The translations under genes and the position numbers were made by a program. 64,000 nucleotides of DNA, from positions 14,728 to 78,727 of IMG/VR virus record IMGVR_UViG_3300020578_000043. One strand, 5' to 3'. Shown here piece after piece: positions 26,696 through 36,863 of the stretch (the first letter of the stretch is position 1; each line of letters opens with the position of its first letter). The DNA comes from a virus. The notes beneath the pieces were generated by a model that worked only from the letters and a program-made list of their open reading frames with translations, did no database searches and was not told the origin of the DNA.

Positions 26696-28330
26696 TCACT
26701 TGTACAACCAAGACATATCATCCATACCGTGATTAAATTTAGGATCAAGGTGTTTGACCTGTGAAGGTTCTCTTAATTTATAAACGTTCGTTTGATTGAT
26801 TTGATTCGACCCCTTAGAATTCGCTCCTAACGTATATGTAGGATTGTTTGGAATAGCTCTAGCGTCGATGCTTGACACTCCGGTCGCTTTTAACATCGCC
26901 ATCGCCATGGCATATCCAGAATCATTGTTTCCTTGAGCACCTTCCGTCAACCAGCTTCCTATTGCAAGACTCATTATCAAATCGTCATGGCTATCCTTAG
27001 AAGCCATCGGCTTGTTACCATTCCATATAAAGGCCTGTAGTTGATCATATAGCCTTTGAGAATAACTTTTTAAAGTCTTATTACGGATCAATTCCTCTAA
27101 TTTCGTAAGAATTTGTACTCTTGTTTTCTGGTTGGTAGGAAACCCAGGCAATTCATCTTGATTCAGCGGCGTGTAGTTCATTATGTCACCGCGATTGTTG
27201 TAATAGTACATCCTCGGATACCCGGTATCTCGAAGCTTAACGTTCACGAAATACCCAAACGTATTGTTCTCAGGACAGATCAATGCACCGTTGTATTTCT
27301 TGCCCCATTCTGCAAGTAGATCTGCAAACTTTTCTGGAGGTATCTTACCCATGTACTCAGCAACGACTTCTGACGTTTTGTAATCTAAAACATGAAAAGT
27401 AGAATAATCTGAAGCATCGCCTCGGGCGACGTCTGCTGACAAAACGTAGGTTTTTGCTGGATCTGGCTGCTCCCAAATCCAAACATTTCTATCAAATCCA
27501 GACTTTTCAAGAGGGGGTCTTATCATAGACCTTAAATCCTCTAGGTCTTCTGATTGCAAAAATGTGTCACCCGACGTGATGAAGTCACAAAGGTACTCTT
27601 GACTTACTTTTCTCTTTGGAAGATTACGAGTCTCTTTTACGAACCACGCCTCATCATGTTCAGGATGAACGGTCCACGGCAGTCTTATCGGATTGAACTC
27701 ATTCGTTCCAGCTTCCGCCTCAACCCATAATCTGTAGTACAATCCACCGACACCATTTGGAGATGAAATAAGTATTGCATTACCACCTGTCGTCAGCGTG
27801 GGATACAAGCCTGTCCAGATCGTATCAAAGTCTCTAATGAATGCACACTCATCGACGATGAGAAGCGATAGAGACTCAGAACGACCTGCATCTTCTGACG
27901 TAGGAACTGCTTTTATTTGAGAACCATTGCTGAATGATATCTGCTGTTTGGACGGTTCAAAACGAGGCATCAACAACCACTTTGGAAGAGATTGAAGCAT
28001 GACGTGAACCTTCTTAATGAAGTTCTGCGCAGTGGCCAGTTTTGTTGCGATGATAAGGATGTTCTTGTCCTTGTAGAAGATCGCAAGCCATGTCGCATAC
28101 GCAGCAGATATTGTAGACAGGCCTAATTGACGAGACTTTAGGACTATGTTAAAGCGTTGCTCTTGAAATGCTTTTACACAATCGTTCTGAAAGTCATACG
28201 TATTAAAAGGAATCGTGCCTTTCAGCGGATGCTGGATCTTAGCATAGTTCTTAATGAAATAGATTGGGTCTTTACCGCAAGCGACAATCTCATTGACCTG
28301 CTGCTGTTTCGTTAATGGTTTTTCTTGCAT
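26696..28330 (-). CDS. terL: Terminase large subunit (T4 gp17 family)
   Basis: DPIYFIKNY, KSRQLGLST (Walker A), LLIVDECAF (Walker B), ISSPNG, ADVARG..DYS and HDDLIMSLA RNase H domain. Confidence 0.95.
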   Translation of the reverse strand: MQEKPLTKQQQVNEIVACGKDPIYFIKNYAKIQHPLKGTIPFNTYDFQNDCVKAFQEQRFNIVLKSRQLGLSTISAAYATWLAIFYKDKNILIIATKLATAQNFIKKVHVMLQSLPKWLLMPRFEPSKQQISFSNGSQIKAVPTSEDAGRSESLSLLIVDECAFIRDFDTIWTGLYPTLTTGGNAILISSPNGVGGLYYRLWVEAEAGTNEFNPIRLPWTVHPEHDEAWFVKETRNLPKRKVSQEYLCDFITSGDTFLQSEDLEDLRSMIRPPLEKSGFDRNVWIWEQPDPAKTYVLSADVARGDASDYSTFHVLDYKTSEVVAEYMGKIPPEKFADLLAEWGKKYNGALICPENNTFGYFVNVKLRDTGYPRMYYYNNRGDIMNYTPLNQDELPGFPTNQKTRVQILTKLEELIRNKTLKSYSQRLYDQLQAFIWNGNKPMASKDSHDDLIMSLAIGSWLTEGAQGNNDSGYAMAMAMLKATGVSSIDARAIPNNPTYTLGANSKGSNQINQTNVYKLREPSQVKHLDPKFNHGMDDMSWLYK

Positions 28331-28334
28331 TCAA

Positions 28335-28715
28335 TCAACCTACCTCAAAGACAACTTGCTTTCTATAGATTGCAGTTCTCTTGGGGTTATGAACTCCAAA
28401 ACCAACAATTTCCACTGAATCTGATGATGATACTTCTTTCAGCTTTAGAGCCTTGGAGGTCTTTTCTTTGTAAGAGTTCTTGACTGCATCAAGCACAGCT
28501 TTAATGTTATGAGAAGAAGCTTCAACCTCGCGTAACTTGACCTGTAACATCTGTCTTTCAGAGGCAAAGTTAACGATTGTTTGATATGAGACAGACAACA
28601 TGTCAGGTCCGATCATTCTCATCTTCACGGAAAATGAATTGACGATCGGCGCGGCTGATCTTCCCCAGGAAGTATCGATGGCTTGGCCTAAAGCATTATA
28701 ATCTAATTCTGGCAT
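28335..28715 (-). CDS. Hypothetical protein
   Basis: 126-aa ORF with ATATTTA motif and GAGGA RBS, upstream of terL. Confidence 0.6.
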   Translation of the reverse strand: MPELDYNALGQAIDTSWGRSAAPIVNSFSVKMRMIGPDMLSVSYQTIVNFASERQMLQVKLREVEASSHNIKAVLDAVKNSYKEKTSKALKLKEVSSSDSVEIVGFGVHNPKRTAIYRKQVVFEVG

Positions 28716-28754
28716 GATAGACAGTAATCCTCAGTAACTAAATATTGAGATGGT

Positions 28755-29051
28755 CTAAAACAACATATTGACGGTCATCTTTTTTCCACCCTTTAACTTT
28801 TCGTTGACTTGTTCCTTCGTTGGGCGCCATCCTTCTTTCCATGCAGGTTGATTTGGACGGGCCCAAAAAGTCTCACAATGTTCGCAACATTTAAATTGGT
28901 GGTACGACTTTTCATCTGCGGCTGTGCGTAACAGGTATTCACATACTGGACAAGCCAGCGGGATCGTTTCTTTTTCTTGCTCTGGTTTGATGACAAAGAA
29001 GCCATCACAATCTTTTATCAACCTATTGTTTAGGTAAGGACGCCACATCAT
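28755..29051 (-). CDS. Small Cys-rich (zinc-finger-like) hypothetical protein
   Basis: CPVC...CCEHC motifs; overlaps SbcCD stop. Confidence 0.55.
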   Translation of the reverse strand: MMWRPYLNNRLIKDCDGFFVIKPEQEKETIPLACPVCEYLLRTAADEKSYHQFKCCEHCETFWARPNQPAWKEGWRPTKEQVNEKLKGGKKMTVNMLF

Positions 29052-32000
29052 ACGTACACCATCTTAGAATCCTTCTCGTTCTTAGTGATTTCTAGAATTT
29101 GGTCTGCAACGTCTTTGATTCCGTCGACATGAGTTATGACCAGTATGATCCTAAAAAATTTCTTTAAGCTTATCAATAGACGATTGCAAGCCTCGACTCC
29201 AGCATCATCCAACGTTCCGAATCCTTCATCTATGATGAACATATCAGGCTTTGACAATGAAGATATGTTGATCAATGCGACCCTTAGCGCAATTGATGCA
29301 ATGGTCTTCTCCATTCCTGAACACAACTCGATGATTCGTCTCGAATCTCCATAGTTGATGTAGATCTCTGATGCATCTGACTCATCATCATTCTCGAGCT
29401 CAACAGAAAAATCGACGATACCATGTAGAATCTTTGCTATCTCTGCATTGATCAATGGCAATTGTGACCTTGTGATGATCAGCGGGATTCCTTTCTTCGA
29501 AAAAGCATTGCTGATTATCTCATAGATTTTCATCTCTTTTAAAAGCTTGTCTCGAGATGCTCTTTCAGAATCTAACTTCTCAATCTCTGACAACAGACGT
29601 CCTCGTTGCGTGGCCAGCGTGATCTTTGCCTCATCCCATTCCTTGGTTGATCTAGACAATGATTCTATTTTTGACCTAAGAGAAACAACCTCTGAATTTT
29701 CGTCATTTTTTAAAGCATCCTGGAGGTCGATTAGTTTTTGCTCTGCATCTTTGACTGATTGAGTCAAAGAATCACAAGACGACCTGTTTTTCTCAATCTC
29801 TGTTTCTTTCTTTGAGATCTCTAGTTTCAACTTTGATGATAGTGAGGTTGCCTTCTCAAGTCTAGACAACTTTGCCACCAACGAATCCTTGTTTAACTTC
29901 TCTAAAGAAGCCTTTAGATCGTTTAACTTCTTCAACGTTAATGAAACCTTTTCTAATTGAGAACCAACCTTTGACTTATCTATGTGAGCATCCTTAATGA
30001 ACTTGCATGCTGGATACTCATCCCCACACGGCACGTCATCAAGGATTTTCAAAGACTTTTGCTGAGACTTCAGCAGAGTCGATTCTTTGTCATACAGGTG
30101 TTGTAGATCAACGACGGATTTTTCAAGAGCATCAATGGCAGAGAGCTTGCTCTTTAGTTCTTCGGCATCATCAGATGATTCAATGTCTTCAACAGTGACT
30201 AATTTGTCTCTTAGAGACTTTATCTCCACGTTCAAAGACTCGATCTTAGAGCAACAGTCAGAACACTGAAGTCTCAATGTCATGATCTTTTGTTCTTGAG
30301 TTTTGACGTCTGATGGAGTCACTGCCTTGTGGCTTTGATGAGACGACAACTGAGACCTTAGGTCAGAAGATTGCGTTTGGGCATCTGAGATTTTTGATGC
30401 CAGATCATCAATCTGATCTGATAGGTCTAGGACTTTTTGACCGTGAGTCAACAACATGTCATCCCAGTTTCTATCAGGAAAGTTCTTCAACTGAGATTTG
30501 TACCCGCTTAAGTCTTTGCTCGCGGTATCACACATCTTATCAAAGACGTCTAGGCCTAGAAACCTGGATAGTATTGCCCTACGCTTTGTTGATCCTTGAT
30601 TGATGAACGCGTTGATGTCACCTTGAGATGATAGAGCAGTCATCGAAAAATCTTCATGAGATCCGACCAATCCTCTGATTGCCTTTTCGGTTCCTGTCCT
30701 CAGATCATCGCACAGGTCATCGAGATCTCCTTCTTCATTCATTCTAAAGAAATTCAAAGAAGTAGAAGCAGTCGTCACGCCACGTTTGTTGATCGACTTA
30801 GTTGTTTGTCTCTCTGCGATGTAGACTTTGCTATTGTGGTTAAACACGGCGCGAGCATAGCAGTGATGTTTTCTAATGTTGCAAACGTGTAGATTTTTTA
30901 AAGAACCCCTGTCCGTCGTGTTGAATAGAGCATATGCCAGAGTACCGACAATGGAAGACTTTCCTGTTCGGTTTGGACCGAATATTCCTACGATACCATT
31001 CAGCTTAGTAAAATCAATCTCATTGTCTTCACCATAGGAAAAAGTATTGTCCCATTTGAGATGTCTCAACGACCACTTGGATCCCTTGACGTAATCTTCT
31101 GATGATGTGACTGCAAACATGTACTTCTTGATTTGATTCGTCATGACGTCCCAATCGACGTCAACATTCCCATTCTCTTTGCAGTATGTCTGTATTAGGC
31201 TCAAGATGACGTCATGAGATCCTAGGTCTGATTTTGCTATCGTTGTTGATCCTGCCTTAATCTTCTCACTTTCGGCACGATACTCAGATTTGAATGTCAC
31301 TTCAGTTGCAGAGAATGTCGACTTTAGCGTCTCATTCAAAAAGCTGACATCATCCTGGTTTAATTCTAATTGTGATTTGATCCTAAACCTAGATTGCTTG
31401 GGATAGTTCCTTGCTTCCTTTAAGAAATCTTCTTGCGATCCTGTCCACTGTAACGTCACATAAGGTTTTGGATTTGGAAGCTTATTGAATGCTACGTTCC
31501 ACGTTGACTCATCAACAATATCCCATAGCAGGTATCCATGATCCAACTCTTCTGCATAGTTTTGTTGAATGGGAGTTCCTGGGTATGATATCCACGGTTT
31601 CTTTTCTCCAGATGAAGTCTCTCTATATCCTAGATGCTGCATCTGATGAATATCGCCTAAGAAAACAAAGGGATAGTCTTTAAAAAACTCTACCTTCGTT
31701 TGCGCATCATCAAGCTCCCAGCCAGACTCTGTCACGGATCCGTACATCGCACCGTGATAACATGCAATGTTGAGTTTTCCTGCTACAGGTTTGACGTTCT
31801 TCCAGCCATCTTCATCAAAGAGGCTGTAGACACACCAGTTATATCCAGGATGAAACTCATACACTCCACTTTTTTTATATAAGTGAATCCTTGGATTATT
31901 CAACGCAGTCACAATGGGAGAGACTGCGTCTTGACGAGTTAGATTGACTAGGTTACCATCATGGTTGCCTAACGTCATGTGAACATGAGCAACCTCAGCC

Positions 32001-32206
32001 ATTGACTCAAGCCACCACGTCAAAAAATCTATGTACTCAGGAGAGATACCTGTAGTCTTCGTGTGAAAGATATCACCACCGATGAAGATGTGATCAACGT
32101 TTTTCTTCTTACAATCGTTAATGAACGCAGTGAACACTTCGCGGTATTCATCATGACGCGAAAGAGAGCGAATGTGAACGTCTGCAGTATGTGCAATTCG
32201 AACCAT
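29048..32206 (-). CDS. Fused Mre11/SbcD nuclease - Rad50/SbcC ATPase (T4 gp47-gp46-like)
   Basis: HTADVH, GGDIFH, GNHD, LGDIH, YPGT phosphoesterase motifs; then GPNRTGKSS Walker A, coiled coil, CSGMEK signature, IIDEGFGTLD, ITH. Confidence 0.92.
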   Translation of the reverse strand: MVRIAHTADVHIRSLSRHDEYREVFTAFINDCKKKNVDHIFIGGDIFHTKTTGISPEYIDFLTWWLESMAEVAHVHMTLGNHDGNLVNLTRQDAVSPIVTALNNPRIHLYKKSGVYEFHPGYNWCVYSLFDEDGWKNVKPVAGKLNIACYHGAMYGSVTESGWELDDAQTKVEFFKDYPFVFLGDIHQMQHLGYRETSSGEKKPWISYPGTPIQQNYAEELDHGYLLWDIVDESTWNVAFNKLPNPKPYVTLQWTGSQEDFLKEARNYPKQSRFRIKSQLELNQDDVSFLNETLKSTFSATEVTFKSEYRAESEKIKAGSTTIAKSDLGSHDVILSLIQTYCKENGNVDVDWDVMTNQIKKYMFAVTSSEDYVKGSKWSLRHLKWDNTFSYGEDNEIDFTKLNGIVGIFGPNRTGKSSIVGTLAYALFNTTDRGSLKNLHVCNIRKHHCYARAVFNHNSKVYIAERQTTKSINKRGVTTASTSLNFFRMNEEGDLDDLCDDLRTGTEKAIRGLVGSHEDFSMTALSSQGDINAFINQGSTKRRAILSRFLGLDVFDKMCDTASKDLSGYKSQLKNFPDRNWDDMLLTHGQKVLDLSDQIDDLASKISDAQTQSSDLRSQLSSHQSHKAVTPSDVKTQEQKIMTLRLQCSDCCSKIESLNVEIKSLRDKLVTVEDIESSDDAEELKSKLSAIDALEKSVVDLQHLYDKESTLLKSQQKSLKILDDVPCGDEYPACKFIKDAHIDKSKVGSQLEKVSLTLKKLNDLKASLEKLNKDSLVAKLSRLEKATSLSSKLKLEISKKETEIEKNRSSCDSLTQSVKDAEQKLIDLQDALKNDENSEVVSLRSKIESLSRSTKEWDEAKITLATQRGRLLSEIEKLDSERASRDKLLKEMKIYEIISNAFSKKGIPLIITRSQLPLINAEIAKILHGIVDFSVELENDDESDASEIYINYGDSRRIIELCSGMEKTIASIALRVALINISSLSKPDMFIIDEGFGTLDDAGVEACNRLLISLKKFFRIILVITHVDGIKDVADQILEITKNEKDSKMVYV

Positions 32207-32215
32207 TAAACAACC

Positions 32216-32245
32216 AATCTACAACAATTGAACGCAGTGTTCAAT
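32216..32245 (-). promoter_or_regulatory. Sigma70-like promoter with overlapping inverted repeat
   Basis: TTGAAC-17-TAGATT; ATTGAAC-N5-GTTCAAT palindrome over the -35. Confidence 0.5.
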
Positions 32246-32251
32246 GACTAA

Positions 32252-33229
32252 TCAAAACCTGAAACTTGATGAAACGAACTTATCAAGTTTGGTCAAAAAC
32301 CTATCTTCCCAATACAACGGCTTTGCCTCAGACAAGGCTTTTTCAAACTCGGCCTTCGACATGCTTCCTGGATCACCCCAAGGTCTAACGTCGACGACAA
32401 CTACGTCTATGTCGTATTCTTGAAGCTTTTTTACTATCTTAGGGGTTTTCTTACTCCACATGTCACCATCAAGCGCTAACGCTACAGGCGTGTTGTGAAG
32501 CAAGATCTTGTTGAAGATCTCATGACGTTCATCTAGATCAGAACCTAAAAGTGCAGTAGAATTTTCAGGACACTTTACCATATCAAAAGGACCTTCGCAC
32601 AAGGTCATTCGTTTGGTCCAATCTAAATTTATCTCATTAAACACGATGGGATTCTTGTCGACATCTGGGTTGTCATATTTTGGTTTTCTATCCTTATCGA
32701 TTGCTCTTGCAACAAAGTAATTCAATTCACCTGACGCATCAAAGGACGGCATGATGACTCTACGTTTCCACCGCGGTTCATCAGAAATTCCAAATTTGTA
32801 ATACCACGCATCACGGTCGAACAACCCCCTAGAGTAGACATACCTCCATGCAGCCTTGACGTCAGGATCCATGTCATTTGCTAAGGTCAATAACCTAAAA
32901 TCGTTAGGGAGCTGGGCCTTTTGTTCTTTTTCGACTTGTACTGTGATGAGAGATGTTTTGCCGTCCAGCCCCATCATTTGACGATACGCATCTAGGTGTT
33001 CTTGCGTACCGTACTTTCGTAACAGCGGAACAAGGCTTCTTGCTTTCCATCCGCATACCCAACAATGGTTTGCGTCGTCTGTTGTGCGAATTGCCAGCTT
33101 CTTTTTTGAAGCGTCAGAGGGGGCACATATAGGGCATCTGACGTCGAAATTGATACCGTTGCCAGATATCCTACCACGACCGAAAATCGACTCGTAAAAC
33201 TTTATCTTATCGGTCAGTGAATGGACCAC
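32252..33229 (-). CDS. DNA primase (DnaG/gp61-like)
   Basis: CPIC...HCWVC zinc-binding domain; YFVAR..KYDNP; TOPRIM EGPFD and DGD. Confidence 0.85.
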   Translation of the reverse strand: MVHSLTDKIKFYESIFGRGRISGNGINFDVRCPICAPSDASKKKLAIRTTDDANHCWVCGWKARSLVPLLRKYGTQEHLDAYRQMMGLDGKTSLITVQVEKEQKAQLPNDFRLLTLANDMDPDVKAAWRYVYSRGLFDRDAWYYKFGISDEPRWKRRVIMPSFDASGELNYFVARAIDKDRKPKYDNPDVDKNPIVFNEINLDWTKRMTLCEGPFDMVKCPENSTALLGSDLDERHEIFNKILLHNTPVALALDGDMWSKKTPKIVKKLQEYDIDVVVVDVRPWGDPGSMSKAEFEKALSEAKPLYWEDRFLTKLDKFVSSSFRF

Positions 33230-33235
33230 GAGACG

Positions 33236-33265
33236 ATTGTAACGTATGAATCACACGTTTTTCAA
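33236..33265 (-). promoter_or_regulatory. Sigma70-like promoter, leaderless geometry
   Basis: TTGAAA-18-TACAAT, 6 nt before the GTG start of primase. Confidence 0.55.
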
Positions 33266-33823
33266 GGGTCCGTCAATACACGCTGCTTTAGAGATCACGT
33301 ATGCATCAGTCGCATCCCGACTCCACTCAACTGCGCAACCATTTTTCTTTACAGGCCATTTGACATGCTTTAAGTCATGCTCTGACATGTACTTGAAAAC
33401 CTGTTCTTTTCCGCTCATCCCGGCAATGGAAGTTCTTTGCATCTTGATGCCGCACAATTTTCTTGCGTGGGATGATGAGATGTATTCCGGATCGACCTTG
33501 AATATTTCCCTAGAGATGTAGGAGACAATTCCGTTGAACCTCATCAACGTCGTTATCGTCGAAGCCGAAGACATTCCTGTTCGAAATCCCATCAACGGTT
33601 CCTCTAAGGCAACCCTGTACTCACCGGGAATTTTTTTCAACAGTTCGGCCAACTCAAAAGCGACCACGTCCGCCTTTTCCCACAGGGTCTTACATTTCTT
33701 AAATTCGATTCTATCAAGGTGAAGGATGTGAGACCCGGACGCATCAGGTTGTAACGCCGGATCGACAACACAAACACCTGTCACCGACGTACTCACGTCC
33801 AACCCCAATACCAACGGTCTCAT
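33251..33823 (-). CDS. RuvC-like Holliday junction resolvase
   Basis: VLGLDVSTSVTG, VALEEP, KEQV, DATDAYVI acidic motifs. Confidence 0.8.
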   Translation of the reverse strand: MRPLVLGLDVSTSVTGVCVVDPALQPDASGSHILHLDRIEFKKCKTLWEKADVVAFELAELLKKIPGEYRVALEEPLMGFRTGMSSASTITTLMRFNGIVSYISREIFKVDPEYISSSHARKLCGIKMQRTSIAGMSGKEQVFKYMSEHDLKHVKWPVKKNGCAVEWSRDATDAYVISKAACIDGPLKNV

Positions 33824-33864
33824 GCAGTCATTCTTTAATCCAGAATGACATTAGTAAAATCGAG

Positions 33865-34269
33865 CTATAGCAGACCCATATCTTTTAGTTCTATTTCCGT
33901 GAGTATTTTGTAGGTCAAATCGTGGGCCGTGCACCACTCCATTGCCGCGCGGATCTTCTTGATGACCGTGGATTGATCCAGTTTTCTAGATGGTTTGATT
34001 TCTATGATGAACTTAGCGCCGTCCTTATACTCAACCTGAAAATCTGGATAGTATTTTCTTATCTTTTTGGTCCTTTGGTTGGAGACATATTCAATGATGA
34101 GCTTTTCGTATGACCACGTCTGGACGTTTGGATTTGAGTCCAAATGTTCCATGTACTTCTGTTCCCACCCCGATCGATACTTACACTCACCTGCAATCGG
34201 CGAAATATGTGTGCCGCGATGATAGCGACTTTTTTTCTTCCTGCGTCGACGAGGTTTTTTTTGTGCCAT
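33865..34269 (-). CDS. Head completion nuclease (T4 gp4 / TnsA-N-like)
   Basis: YRSGWE..YM..LD.NP.V..WSYE...YYPDF...IIEIKP...ILTE. Confidence 0.8.
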   Translation of the reverse strand: MAQKKPRRRRKKKSRYHRGTHISPIAGECKYRSGWEQKYMEHLDSNPNVQTWSYEKLIIEYVSNQRTKKIRKYYPDFQVEYKDGAKFIIEIKPSRKLDQSTVIKKIRAAMEWCTAHDLTYKILTEIELKDMGLL

Positions 34270-34270
34270 G

Positions 34271-36769
34271 TTAAAAATCGTACTTGACCTTGAACATGAT
34301 CTTTTCAGAATGTCGCTTCATGATTGGTTGGGCTAATTGGGTCTTCATGATGACGTTTAAGTTATCATCATGGAAATTTATTCCTGTTACATACACGAAG
34401 TTAGGATCAGGATCATTTGGTTTCGTTGAAGCAGGTAATGATCTATACGTAGGATTTGAAGATGAATTTAGGTGATTGACAGGAGCCACGGCTTCAACTC
34501 TTAGAACGTGAAGATTTTGCTCACCCTTGAACGACATCTCATATTGATGCTGTCCAAAGAAGTACAGATGAGGACTCTTTATTGCAATGATTCCTTCGTT
34601 GTAGAATATCGTTCCAACTGAATTCCACGTCGATGCAGGAGAATCAGAGTCAGCCCTGTATAACGTTCCGTTGCCGTCATCCTTGATCGTCATCTTTACT
34701 ACTCCACCAGATCCAGACAAAGATGAATCAGACATGACGAAGCTACGCGGAAGAATCCTCAACCCATAATACATGTTGCTGATGTCAAAGAACGTCACCT
34801 GATTTGAAGATGAGTCTTGCGTCCTTTGATATATCGCAAGAGGAGCGTTTTCTTGTAATCCTTGGCTGAAATTGCCATCCGCTATTGCCTTATTGATGGA
34901 ATTTCTATAATTTGAATATGCCGGCCCGACAGGAGCAGCAGGAGACTCAGGAGTGAAACCTATGCTTTGGTTTGCAAAAAAGTTCGCTTGATCTTGCGTC
35001 TTGTTAACGTCATCAAAAGTCGTCTTAAACAGCAATGATGACGTTGATAGCATGTCATTCAAACTTATGAATCCTATCGTAGGACTTCCTAAATCATCAA
35101 CGTACAGGTTTTGTAGCGGTTCAAACTTCAACAAATCATAGTTGGGATAAAAGTTTCCATCATCGCATGGCAATATTGTAAGATTTCTCTTTCTAACGAA
35201 CGGTTGATTATACAGAAAGTCATTCGCCGATTGAGCTGTCGTCGTGATGTCTATTGCTACACCAGTCAGGTGGTGTTGTCGAGGATCGTGACCTGATGCA
35301 AAATCTTTTAAAAAGTTTTCTGTGTTTATGTAGTGGCCACCGACTCCAAAAGATAGAGCAACGTTGAATGGATCTGCTGTCGTTCCGTCGATCTCTAAGA
35401 ATGGAGTCTGTAAGATTCCACCATGGTCTCCAACAAATCTACGAATTGAAGAAGACTCTATAAAGAAAGGAGGAACATAGAAACAAACCCCTGTGTCGTT
35501 ACCAACGAAAGATATTCCAGTTGAACTTGACGCCGATATATCAACGTCAGTCATGTAATATTGTTTGATTGCGACGTCATGCAGCTCTGCCTGAAGAGGA
35601 TGCCTAAATTTGTATACGTCTGGATCATTTATCGACGTGGCATTCTTTAGAGTTATCAGACCATCACGAGTAGCTGGGTCTGTTGCGAAGAACATCTTTA
35701 GCTCGTTGTTTCCAGAGTTGCTACCTTCGTAATAATTGCCTAGGCACAGTACATCAGGATTAGTAGGAGACATTCCAGTATCAGGATATACCAGCGGAGC
35801 GACTGTTCCTGAGTATATCAAGAACGTTCCTCGGTCAGCTCCGTTTATGTTGAATGAACCCGTTCCATGATTGACGAGACTGGTACCCCACCGAACTACA
35901 ACGTGGTGCCACTTGTTCCACTCTAAAGAATTGTCGTCAGATAAGAACACTAAGTTCTTTGGATAAGCTCCGTATGAAGCCAGCGATGGAGAGATGTCTG
36001 CGCTGTGACTCAGTTGCAGTTGAAGCCTAAACGCTGCAGGGCGGCCGTTCTCATCCTTTAAAGAACCGCTAACTAGAGACAGAGCATAACTTGAAGATAG
36101 GTGGAATATAGTTCCTGCAGCAAAGTGTCCAGATGAGTCAAGCTGTTTGTATCGAGGGTTGATGTAAAAATCAAAACTGAACGCTCCGCTGAGTGCGTAC
36201 CTTCCAAAAGAATATCCTTCATGTAGGACATCATTATCATCATTTGGATACAACAACACCGAAGACGTAGGAACTGTAGAAGAAGAGAAGAAATTCAAAC
36301 AATTATAGTTTGAATATGCCCAGTGTGATGACGGATACGCGGTTCTATAATACTCAGAAAGGTTATCCTTAATGATAAGTTTTCTTACGGTATTTGAAGT
36401 AAAGTTGAAAGAAGGCGTGAACCTGATGATGTCAAGCACCTTTTGCTTTTTTGCAGATACGCTTTGGGCATTGACTGCTTTCAAATAGTCATTCAACTGA
36501 TTAAAAATCGTACCATCTGACTGTGAGTTGTTGTTCTTGCTTTTTGCGATGTTCTTTATGTTATCTAAGGTCGCGGCAAGATCAGAGTCGTTGTGAGTTG
36601 CCTCAACGAATGATGACAGAGGCGTCATCTCTTTCTCTATATCAGATCTTCTTGCAAAAACATAGACAGAACCCGTGACTCCGCTTGAGCTTGAAGAATA
36701 GTGTCTCGACGGATTTGTCGCGATTGTCACGCTCTGAAAATCAGTTGAGTTTACCTTGTAGATGGACAT
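34271..36769 (-). CDS. Putative baseplate/tail structural protein with LamG-like region
   Basis: FSFDFYINP, WHHVVVRW LamG-like motifs; C-terminal YVTGINFHDDNLNVIMKTQLAQPIMK..FKVKYDF. Confidence 0.55.
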   Translation of the reverse strand: MSIYKVNSTDFQSVTIATNPSRHYSSSSSGVTGSVYVFARRSDIEKEMTPLSSFVEATHNDSDLAATLDNIKNIAKSKNNNSQSDGTIFNQLNDYLKAVNAQSVSAKKQKVLDIIRFTPSFNFTSNTVRKLIIKDNLSEYYRTAYPSSHWAYSNYNCLNFFSSSTVPTSSVLLYPNDDNDVLHEGYSFGRYALSGAFSFDFYINPRYKQLDSSGHFAAGTIFHLSSSYALSLVSGSLKDENGRPAAFRLQLQLSHSADISPSLASYGAYPKNLVFLSDDNSLEWNKWHHVVVRWGTSLVNHGTGSFNINGADRGTFLIYSGTVAPLVYPDTGMSPTNPDVLCLGNYYEGSNSGNNELKMFFATDPATRDGLITLKNATSINDPDVYKFRHPLQAELHDVAIKQYYMTDVDISASSSTGISFVGNDTGVCFYVPPFFIESSSIRRFVGDHGGILQTPFLEIDGTTADPFNVALSFGVGGHYINTENFLKDFASGHDPRQHHLTGVAIDITTTAQSANDFLYNQPFVRKRNLTILPCDDGNFYPNYDLLKFEPLQNLYVDDLGSPTIGFISLNDMLSTSSLLFKTTFDDVNKTQDQANFFANQSIGFTPESPAAPVGPAYSNYRNSINKAIADGNFSQGLQENAPLAIYQRTQDSSSNQVTFFDISNMYYGLRILPRSFVMSDSSLSGSGGVVKMTIKDDGNGTLYRADSDSPASTWNSVGTIFYNEGIIAIKSPHLYFFGQHQYEMSFKGEQNLHVLRVEAVAPVNHLNSSSNPTYRSLPASTKPNDPDPNFVYVTGINFHDDNLNVIMKTQLAQPIMKRHSEKIMFKVKYDF

Positions 36770-36863
36770 CTAATTCTCAAGTAATTATACAACATTACAA
36801 ATATGATGACATCGACCACACTCTAAAACAAGCATAGTCGATGAAATCGATTCCTTGAGACCG

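Noticed and set aside
33865-34269. TnsA-like nuclease as evidence of a Tn7 transposon; KKPRRRRKKK as a eukaryotic NLS
   Set aside because: No tnsB/C or end repeats; matches the T4 gp4 head-completion family, and a basic tail fits DNA binding
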